From positions 1 to 58,438 of the forward strand of contig JAGLDP010000001.1 in assembly GCA_023145515.1 (NCBI GenBank): a DNA stretch of 58,438 nt, read 5' to 3'. A model generated the notes under the pieces. The model did no database searches. It was not told the DNA's origin and saw nothing but the letters and a program-made list of their open reading frames with translations. The position numbers were made by a program, and so were the translations under genes. Source of the stretch: Bacteroidales bacterium. GTDB taxonomy: Bacteria; Bacteroidota; Bacteroidia; Bacteroidales; UBA12481. This document shows, piece by piece, positions 20,101 to 28,384 of this stretch. Position 1 is the first letter of the stretch; each line of letters opens with the position of its first letter.

Positions 20101-20269
20101 CTTAACCTTTGGTTTTGGTGAAAGTGTATCTCTTCGGGCACCGATGGCTCTCGCCGTGATTGGCGGACTCTTTACATCGACCCTTTTAACTCTAATTGTT
20201 ATCCCTTGTGTGTATGAAATATTTGATCGTTTCAAGGATTGGATATCACCAGTAAGAACAACAGTATAG
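17177..20269 (+). CDS. efflux RND transporter permease subunit (AcrB family), paralog 1
   Basis: 1030 aa in the 12-TM / two-periplasmic-loop layout. TM4 'GAGMLVDNAIVVMENI', TM10 'LIGIAVNDSIILVD', TM11 'RIRPILMTSLTTILALLPL'. Confidence 0.92.
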   Translation: MKKITQFSVNNPVTVTMLILGVILLGFISFGKLGTDLMPAMNNPRIYVELTAGERPPEEIEKQFVDQIESLSIRQADVIGVSSMTRVGSAQIAVEYAWDKDMDEAFLELQKALGSYNQNGDLDEILITQHDPNETPVLLVGMQHESITDMNELRKVAENYIRNELIRLEGVADVKLEGMEENEVVIKTDSYRMEAFGVSTNTISAQIQNYNRNVSGGSIVEMGTKYVIKGVSIFEELDDLRKLIIGFQQAESSAQEENPNRVPIFLSDVADINFENKEPVNIVRINGVRSIGLGIYKEPKFNTVKAVEELEIALIEIERALPGYSFQIIQDQGKFISSAIGEVENTALIGIVLAVFILFIFLRRIGTTLIASIAIPISIIATFNLMYFNGLTINVMTLGGLALGAGMLVDNAIVVMENIFRHLERGLSVKEAAITGTAEVGGAITASTLTTIVVFLPIVYMQGASGELFKDQAWTVAFSLVSSLVVAILVIPMLFSKFIRIKSTKTISKAIGFSWYPKILTGILKVKTMVMFLTLAIVVGTAFLVPKIGSEFMPRTETREFTMELKLPEGTQIERTEQAVNTLDEMITELLGDDIATLYARIGPASSGSNTATVFENENTASIKVLLSDDATMTSSQIIRQLGVLVANMSNLEVKFIQDETALQATLGTDEAPIVVEVVGEEFDLIEPLTEQVKQIMLNSEDLFNVEGSFEQGAPEIEVVIDRYRAGIYSISIDEIINQLKAVLTGADAGQFEHEGELKDITIRLPDVGFSQLEDIVLTAGNSELRLSDVATIRIVNAPKEIIRTNQNRVGQVSAEIRNDKPIDKVVSQLDEQFDAITLPPGYYIRQAGEELKRKESMGSLRFALILSLILVYMVLASQFESLIHPFTIILTVPMATVGTILLFFIMGQTMNIMALIGLIMLIGIAVNDSIILVDRINQLKALGSSRKEAIIQAAHQRIRPILMTSLTTILALLPLTFGFGESVSLRAPMALAVIGGLFTSTLLTLIVIPCVYEIFDRFKDWISPVRTTV

Positions 20270-20278
20270 GCAGGTAAT

Positions 20279-23200
20279 ATGAAGGCAGTAATATATCGGA
20301 AAACACTTATTGGGATGGTCTTTATAGGCCTTACCTTACTTGGTGTGGTTTCCTATCAGCAGCTACCCGTTGAGCTATTCCCGAATGCAGTTGCACCTCA
20401 GTTAATAGTACAGATTAGCTCTCAGATAGAGGTAGATCCAAGCTATATGGAAAGGCAGGCCATTATCCCAGTTGAAGGAGCAATTGGGACATTGGATGAT
20501 ATAGAGGAAATTAGTTCTAATGCTTCAAGAAGAAGGGGGATTATCTATATATCCTATCAGCAGGATGTTAATATCAAATTCGCTGAACTGAAGCTTCAAG
20601 AGAAAATGAACGGGATTCGCGATGAACTCCCGGAGGAATTTATGATTACGGTGGTGAAGGTAGACCTTGAGCAAATGGCAAATCAGGTGATGGGCCTTGA
20701 GGTGCGGGGAAGCGGAGGTGTTAACCGAATTAGAAATATCACAGATGAGGATATTGTTTCCAAGCTTGAAAATATTGATGGGATAGCCGGATTGGAGGTT
20801 TATGGGGGACAAGAAAAATCCTTAGAAATTACACTTGATGAGGATGCATGTGAAGCTTATGGTATTACTCCATTCCAGGTGCGAAATGCTTTGAACCAGA
20901 ATGGAAAGTTAAGAACCTTTGTAGGGCCAGTTGTTGACGGACAAAAAAAACTTTTTGTTCATGTATCTGCTGAATATGTTCGCATAGCTGATATCGAAAC
21001 TCTTGTGGTTTCTGAAAATGGTCCGATTCTTCTTAGAGACGTTGGAGAAGTGTACTTTGGAGTTAAGGAGCAAACAAGCTATTCGCGTGTAAACGCTCAA
21101 GAATCAGTTACCGTGAGTCTGATCAGTGATTCTCAAGCCAATCTGATTGATCTCTCTCATGAAGTAGAAACTGTTGTTGAACAGCTGAATAAAGAATTAG
21201 CAGCCATTGGTATTGAGGTGGTTGTTCAGGATAATATGGCCGAACTGATGGAGAAGAATATCGATCAGATTATCCAGCTGGCTCTGACAGGCGGACTATT
21301 GGCTATTATGGTATTGTGGATTTTTCTGGGGAATGTCAGACTTGTATTTGCTATTGCACTCGCTATCCCGATATCGGTGTATACTGCTTTTAACTTCTTC
21401 TATGCTGCTGGAATATCGATCAATAGCCTAACCCTGGTGGGTATGGCTCTCGCTATTGGTATGCTGCTTGATAACTCGGTTGTTGTTCTTGAAAACATAT
21501 ACCGACATGCCTCGCAGGGAAAAAACCCAATAGAGTCGGTGCTCCTTGGTACACGTGAGGTGTGGAGATCAATTCTGGCAGCTACTCTGACTACTGTAAC
21601 AGTATTTTTGCCTTTTATTTTCTCAGATAATTTTCTGATACGAATAATGGGTAACCACATTGGAGTATCTATTATTTCTACTCTCCTGGTTTCACTATTT
21701 GTGGCTCTGTTTTTTGTTCCGATGGTAACCCATTGGTTTATGATGCGGAAAGGAGGACAGAAACAAATGGTTTATGCTAAGGTGTCTTTGCATAATCGCC
21801 TTATACAGACCTATATATTGATTCTTAAGGCTAGTATGCGTCGACCTGCTTTGACTATTGTGGGAGCACTCGTAGTGTTTTTTATTACCATTTTTATTGC
21901 TTTGGCTGTTTCAACCAATACTCTACAGGAGGCAGAAACCGATGAAATCAGAATGTCGGTTACAATGGCGGGTGGTACTACTTTAGAGACTACGGATATC
22001 ACTGTTCGTATCATGGAGGAGAGACTAATGCAGATTGCCGAAAGAGAGGATCTGACTGCCGAGGTTAGAGAGGGTGAGGCTACAGTAACTATGAAGCTAA
22101 AGGAGGATTATCAGGATATAGACGGACGATCACTGGCAGGGATTAAAGAGGATATGGAGAGAAGATTAAAGGATCTTCGTTCAGCTGAAATTGAATTTCA
22201 GGAATTCTCTGCTTCATCCGGATTTGGCGGCGGTGGTGGTGGAGGTGGTGGTCCGGGTAATTCAGGAGGTGGATTTGAATCCTTCCTCGGAATCGGTACA
22301 CAGCAGGAAAAAGTCATCATCAAAGGCCAGAATTTTGAAGTACTGAGGAGCGTTGCTGAGGATATGGAGTATTACCTTGATGAGCTTGATAATATTGCAA
22401 GCGTTAATCTTAGTGTTGCTGATAACCGTCCTGAAGTTCACATGGCTTTCAACACAAGAGAGATGGGCGAACGCAATGTACCCCTATCAAGTGTATCCTC
22501 TGAATTGAGCTCTTTCCCCTCAGAAATTACCTCCGGAGCAGTTTTTAAGGAAGGTACAGAGGAATACGATATTATTATCAAAATGGATATTCCTGAGGAA
22601 GAAACAGAACGATCCATGGATGAGCTGAAAGAACTCAATATCCCTTCTTCTGATAGACAATCACAGCATGAGCTTCAGCAGTTAAGCCATATCTATTTTT
22701 CTCGCGGATTGTCAGATATCGATAGGGTAAACCAGGAAAAACAAGTTGAGGTAACTTATCGTTTTGAGAACGAGGTTAACAACTCAAAAGCTCTGTTAGA
22801 CCTTGCTCGTACAGAGATTGATGAGCTTATAGCAGGAGTTAGTATTCCATCTGGGGTGGCAGTAGAAGTGGTGCATGAAGAAAATGATTTTAAGGAGTTT
22901 TATTTCCTTATTGCAGCTGCTTTTATTCTCATTTTTATGATTTTGGCCTCTGTCTTTGAGTCATTTCTCACGCCAATAGTTCTTATGTTTACTATTCCCC
23001 TGGCTGGGATTGGTTCATTTTTGGCATTGATATTTACGAAAAATTCAATTTTGAATGCCAATACTCTTACAGGTTTTCTGATTTTACTGGGTATTGTGGT
23101 GAATAATGGTATAATTCTGATCGACTACGCCAATCTGCTGAGAAAGAGAGGGTTCCGTCTCTCCAGAGCACTCATGACTGCTGGTCTGGCAAGGATAAGA

Positions 23201-24991
23201 CCTATTATGATTACTGCAGTTACTACTATTGTGGCAATGCTGCCTCTGGCAATGGGGAAATCTGAATATGTTAGCTTGATAGGAGCACCCTTTGCTATTA
23301 CAGTAATTGGCGGACTAAGTGTTAGTACAATACTGACTCTTGTTTTTGTTCCTACTTTATACTCCGGACTAGAATTCTCGCTTGCATGGATTCGTAGCCA
23401 GAAATGGTGGGTGAAAGTATTTATGACAGTAACAGTACTTGGACTAGGAGTTCTGATATATTTCAGAGTAGATGCTTTCCTATGGCAACTATTGCTTTAC
23501 TTACTAGTTACTGTGGGTGTTCCAGCCTCAACATGGTTCTTGCTAAACAGTTTGCGAAAAGCAAGTGAAACTGTAATTCCAGATGATAAGCCAATAATCA
23601 TTCATATTCAGAATTTGGTGAAGATTTACGATTGGGATAACAAATTCACCCGTGAATGGAAATCCGGATTGGCAATCAGAAAACGATTAGGATTAACCCG
23701 AACATACGAATCAGCGAAAGATTTGATTGTTCTGATATGGCAGATTCCTCTTCTGGGATTTTTGCTGTTTTTCGTGTATTTCTATCTTGATTCAGGACTA
23801 TGGCTATTTGTGCTTACCTTATTTGTGTATGCCATCTTGTTAATGGTTTGGCAGCCCATTGGATCATGGATGAGCAACTCAGGTGGCAAGAGAAAGAAAT
23901 TTGCAGGACTGGTAAGAATGCTGATTCTATGGGGATTCCCGGTATTTTCCTTAATTCTTTTCCATAAGCGCTGGGATAATATGGCCTTAGAGATTCTGAT
24001 TGGATTAGCATGGTTTTTTGCTTTGATGGTATATGCAACTGCAAGGGTGCTTAATGAGAAGCACATTAATGTAAACCGTATTACCGGTCGTTTTGGTCTT
24101 CTCCGTAGGGGTTTCTTCAGAATGGTTCAATCGATCCCGGTGATCGGAAAGAAAAAGAAACCATTCAAAGCCCTGGCAGGAGTATCGATGGAAATTTCGT
24201 CTGGTATGTTTGGATTATTAGGACCTAATGGTGCCGGTAAAACTACCATGATGAGAATTATTTGCGGAATTCTTGAGCAAAGCTATGGCAAGATATGGAT
24301 CAGCGGAGAGGATACTCAGATTAAAAGAGAGGAACTGCAAGGTCTTATTGGGTATCTGCCTCAGGAATTTGGTATGTATGAGAATATGACCGCTGACGAG
24401 TTTCTTCATTACCAAGGAATGCTCAAAGGCTTGACAGATCCTAAGGTACGTTCTGAACGGGTTGATTATACCCTCAATGCGGTGCATATGATTGAAAAGA
24501 AGGATCACAAAATTGGATCGTTCTCAGGAGGAATGAAGCAAAGGATTGGAATAGCACAAATACTTCTCCATTTGCCAAGAATTCTTGTGGTTGATGAGCC
24601 TACAGCCGGACTAGATCCGCGTGAGAGAATCCGTTTTAGAAATTTGCTGGTGCAACTTTCACGCGAAAGGGTCGTAATTTTCTCAACGCATATTATTGAA
24701 GATATATCCAGCTCGTGCAACCAGGTTGCTGTACTCAATCAAGGCGAGCTGAAGTATCTTGGCAATCCTCAGGAGATGTCAGACACAGCCAAAGGCGCTG
24801 TATGGCAGGCTGAAGTGACGGTAAGTGAATTTGATAAACTTTCTGAAGAATACAAGGTGGTGCACCATATGCGCGATGGCAATAATATACGTGTTAGATT
24901 GCTTGCCGCTGAGAAGCCTACTGATGATGCTATACCAGTTACACCTTTGCTTGAGGATGCTTATTTGTGGATGTTAGGTAAAAAAATCTGA
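20279..24991 (+). CDS. RND (AcrB-type) permease, paralog 2, fused in frame to extra TM helices and a C-terminal ABC ATPase domain
   Basis: A single stop-free 1570-codon ORF. Residues 1 to ~1030 form a full RND layout (TM4 '[16 protein letters not shown]', TM11 '[19 protein letters not shown]'). Two further TM helices follow, then '[14 protein letters not shown]', then four TM helices. The NBD follows with Walker A 'GPNGAGKTT' (24221-24246), signature '[13 protein letters not shown]', Walker B '[12 protein letters not shown]' and H-loop 'STHII'. Confidence 0.85.
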   Translation: [1570 protein letters not shown]

Positions 24992-24998
24992 ATAATTA

Positions 24999-25715
24999 AT
25001 GGCAACAAATAAAATAACAATAATTGCTGATTGGTTGTGGCGAATGCTTCGTTATAATCTGAAAATCATATTTGCTAACAAATTCATTTGGTTTCTATTG
25101 GCAGCACTAGGATTCTTTATCATGGTTACTCTGATCACTTTGTTTTCAGGAAGCATGATAACAACCGGTATAGTGTATAACCTATTGCTTTACCCTGGTT
25201 TACTTCTTATATTTTACCCTACAGTTTTTGGAATTCAAAATGATGAAGATAATCGGATTCTTGAAATACTTTTCGGTATTCCTGACTATCGATATAAGGT
25301 TTGGTTGGTGAGACTAATAATGATCTTTATTCTGGTTTTTGCAGTGCTTTTTCTCCTTGCCTGGTTTTGTTCTTGGGCATTGGCCAGCTTTACTCCAATT
25401 TATATGGCTTATCAGCTGATCTTCCCTATTTTCTTCATGGGAACGCTTGCTTTTTTTCTATCAACAATAGTTAGGAATGGAATCGGAACAGCTGTTATTT
25501 TGGTTATTATTGGTATAGTTTTTACCTCACTTGCTGAAGCTATCGAACAAAGCAAATGGAACGTTTTTCTAAACCCTTTCAAAATGCCAGAACAGCTTAG
25601 CGAAGCAGTCTGGCTAAATACAGTTCATGATAACAGATTAATTATACTTGTCGCGATAATCTTATGCATACTAGGTGGCTTGCTTAGTATGCAGAGGCGG
25701 GAGAAGTTTATTTAG
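24999..25715 (+). CDS. ABC-2-type transporter permease (6 TM)
   Basis: 238 aa with six hydrophobic helices. 'NDEDNRILEILFGIPDYRYKVWLVRL' is equivalent to the ABC-2 loop motif of the 11167 permease. Starts 7 nt after the fused NBD. Confidence 0.7.
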   Translation: MATNKITIIADWLWRMLRYNLKIIFANKFIWFLLAALGFFIMVTLITLFSGSMITTGIVYNLLLYPGLLLIFYPTVFGIQNDEDNRILEILFGIPDYRYKVWLVRLIMIFILVFAVLFLLAWFCSWALASFTPIYMAYQLIFPIFFMGTLAFFLSTIVRNGIGTAVILVIIGIVFTSLAEAIEQSKWNVFLNPFKMPEQLSEAVWLNTVHDNRLIILVAIILCILGGLLSMQRREKFI

Positions 25716-25739
25716 GTGATTCTGTGATTCTGTGATTCG
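25716..25739. repeat. tandem octamer (GTGATTCT)x2 + GTGATTCG
   Basis: Read directly from the sequence. Begins at the base after the TAG stop at 25713-25715. Confidence 0.9.
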
Positions 25740-25775
25740 GGGTTTCTCGGTTAATTGTTTTATTTTTAGGGTAGA

Positions 25776-28163
25776 ATGATTGTGTTGAACCTTAAACTGG
25801 CTTTAAAAATCGTATTTGATAAGCGAAATTCCTCTTGGATTAGCATTCTTGGATTAGCGATTGCTTTTGCTTCTTTATTCTATATTTATTCCTACGTTTC
25901 CTTTGAGTTAAGCTATGATTCGCAGCATGAGGATCATAGTCGCATTTATAGAATTAGCGGCGATATCGTGGCTGCTGAGAATACAATGACACATGCTGTA
26001 TTGGGACCTTCAATGGGGCAAGGCCTGAAGGATGAATTTCCTGCTGTTGAATCCTTTGTTCGTCTTATTCCATTCCATGAATCAATCCTTCTCGAAACAG
26101 AAATGAAACAGTTTTCAGTGGATGAAGCATATAGAGTTGACTCAACCATTTTTGATATATTCAGTTTGGTCTTTCTGTATGGATCTCCTCATTCTGCGCT
26201 CACAAATCCCAATGAAATTGTTATTAATCAAAGCCTGAGTCAGAAGTTTTTTGGTGATCAGAATTCAGTAGGTGAGGTGCTGGAATATGATGGTCAGATA
26301 TATACAATAGTAGGCGTAGTAGAAGATTCTCCAGTCAATTCTCATCACAAGCTAAACGTCTTATTTTCAATCGACTCGCCTTTTACCAGAACAGGAGATA
26401 TTTCTCCTGTTCAAGAGTCAGAGTACTATTGGGCGCCATCAGCATTTCATTTTATTATGCTAAAACAGCATACTGAGATAGAATCAATCACAGATAATTT
26501 TGAGCCCTTCTTTGATAAATACATGAGCACTTTCGGAAAACTGTTAAACGCCGATTTCAATCTAATAGCCATTCCTCTAAAAGACTTGCATTTTTCTCGC
26601 CAAATGACATATGATCTTCCGAAAGGGAACAAGACCTATGCTTACATACTCATTATGGTTGGCCTTTTCATATTCCTGATTGCCACCATCAACTATTCTA
26701 ATCTTTTAGTCTCTCAGACTATTACACAGGCCAAAAGTGTGGGTCTAAGAAAAGTACTGGGAGCCAATCAGCTGACTCTTTACTTTCAATTTCTACTAAA
26801 CTCTCTGGTTTTAATTTTAGTCTCTGTAATTCTGGCCAATATATTTTTTCAGATTAGTTTACCCTGGTCAAAAGAACTGACTGAACTGGAAAGATCCATC
26901 TTCTCTGGCTCAAGGATACTGACTCTCTCTCTTGTTTTCATACTTCTCACAAGCCTGACTACTTCTTTGATACCTTTTCTTAATCACCGGAAAAAGAGTG
27001 GACTGCAATTACTCCAAGCCCGGCAAAGAAGTTTATCTGGATTAGGGAGTATTCAGTTTGGAAGAGTATCTACTATCGTCCAGTATGCCCTGACCATTGT
27101 TTTAGTGATTTCAGTTTTTGTGATTACGCGGCAATTAAACTTCCTGATGAAAAGTGAAATGGGTTTCGACAAGGAAGGTATTGTGATGTTACCTTTGAAT
27201 AGCCTAAAAGAGCAATCGCAAGGCATTAAATCTTTCAAAGAGGAAATCAGTAAAAATTCTTCTGTGGCAAATGCCTCCTTTTCAAGCAATATACCTGGAG
27301 AAATATTAGGAACATCTCATTTTCAGATAGACCGTGATGGGGAGACTGTGACCAAAATTGTTCATACACTGGGGGTTGATTATGAGTATTTTACGCTTAT
27401 GGGAATGGAGTTTAAAGAAGGACGTAATTTTGGGGAGTTATTTAGCGATAACAACTTTCAATCGGTGATCATTAATGAGGCCTTTATCGATTTTTGTGGT
27501 TACAACGGCAGTATGTTAGGAGTAGAATTAGCAGGAACTAAAGTTGTTGGAGTGCTTAAAAACGTCTCCTTCAACTCTCTGCATAACCCGGCAGCACCCT
27601 TAGTCTTTTATTTGAGTGAAGAGACAAATGGCTATTTGAATATTAAATTGAATACCACCAGACTAGATGAAGCAGTCAAAATGATTCAAAGTAATTGGGA
27701 GGTTGTTTATCCCGATGTCCCGTTTGTTTTCCAATTCCTTGATCAACAAGTGGCAAAAATGTATACTGAGGATCAAAAGATTAACAAGCTGATCAAGCTT
27801 TTCACACTGATCAGCCTGATTATTTCCCTTATGGGCTTTCTAAATCTTTCTACATTAATCATGAAAAGAAAGACGAAGGAAATAGGAATTCGAAAAGTAA
27901 ACGGAGCTACCGTTTATGAGATCATGGGTATGCTGAACAAAAATTTTGCCGTCTGGATTCTGATTTCTTTTGTAATCGCCGGTCCCATAGCTTATTATGC
28001 AGCAATTAAGTGGCTGGAGAACTTTGCATACAAGACTACATTGCCGTGGTGGATATTTGCTTTGTCAGGGCTTCTGGCATTAAGTATTGCCCTGTTAACG
28101 GTGAGCTGGCAGAGCTGGCGCGCAGCAACAAAAAACCCAATTGAAGCTTTACGATACGAGTAA
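25776..28163 (+). CDS. FtsX/MacB-type ABC transporter permease (duplicated FtsX + MacB periplasmic domains)
   Basis: 795 aa. An N-terminal TM helix, a large periplasmic domain and three TM helices, with this unit repeated twice. 'KEIGIRKVNGAT' is the FtsX cytoplasmic loop motif. Confidence 0.88.
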   Translation: MIVLNLKLALKIVFDKRNSSWISILGLAIAFASLFYIYSYVSFELSYDSQHEDHSRIYRISGDIVAAENTMTHAVLGPSMGQGLKDEFPAVESFVRLIPFHESILLETEMKQFSVDEAYRVDSTIFDIFSLVFLYGSPHSALTNPNEIVINQSLSQKFFGDQNSVGEVLEYDGQIYTIVGVVEDSPVNSHHKLNVLFSIDSPFTRTGDISPVQESEYYWAPSAFHFIMLKQHTEIESITDNFEPFFDKYMSTFGKLLNADFNLIAIPLKDLHFSRQMTYDLPKGNKTYAYILIMVGLFIFLIATINYSNLLVSQTITQAKSVGLRKVLGANQLTLYFQFLLNSLVLILVSVILANIFFQISLPWSKELTELERSIFSGSRILTLSLVFILLTSLTTSLIPFLNHRKKSGLQLLQARQRSLSGLGSIQFGRVSTIVQYALTIVLVISVFVITRQLNFLMKSEMGFDKEGIVMLPLNSLKEQSQGIKSFKEEISKNSSVANASFSSNIPGEILGTSHFQIDRDGETVTKIVHTLGVDYEYFTLMGMEFKEGRNFGELFSDNNFQSVIINEAFIDFCGYNGSMLGVELAGTKVVGVLKNVSFNSLHNPAAPLVFYLSEETNGYLNIKLNTTRLDEAVKMIQSNWEVVYPDVPFVFQFLDQQVAKMYTEDQKINKLIKLFTLISLIISLMGFLNLSTLIMKRKTKEIGIRKVNGATVYEIMGMLNKNFAVWILISFVIAGPIAYYAAIKWLENFAYKTTLPWWIFALSGLLALSIALLTVSWQSWRAATKNPIEALRYE

Positions 28164-28384
28164 AAGCCCACAGCCCCGGACCCTTCGACTCTCAGCGACT
28201 GGAACATCGAAACACGGAATCACTCCCTAACAAACAATCGAGTATTATCCCGGTATCCTTCGAGTTCAAGATACCAATCCATGAAGCTATATCCACCACT
28301 GGCGGCCCATTGTGCGAAGGTTAAATAGCCATCAATAATGGTGATGGTGTCAGTTTCTGTATAAACTACCTCAGGTTCCTGATT

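Noticed and set aside
25732-28223. An imperfect inverted match flanking the FtsX permease gene. 'gtgattcggggtttctcgg' at 25732-25750 matches the reverse complement of 28205-28223, 'gtgattccgtgtttcgatg', at 14 of 19 positions. This might mark a mobile cassette.
   Set aside because: The match is short and imperfect, with no extension beyond 19 nt. There are no target-site duplication and no transposase. It is more likely chance, or a relic of the GTGATTC repeat family.
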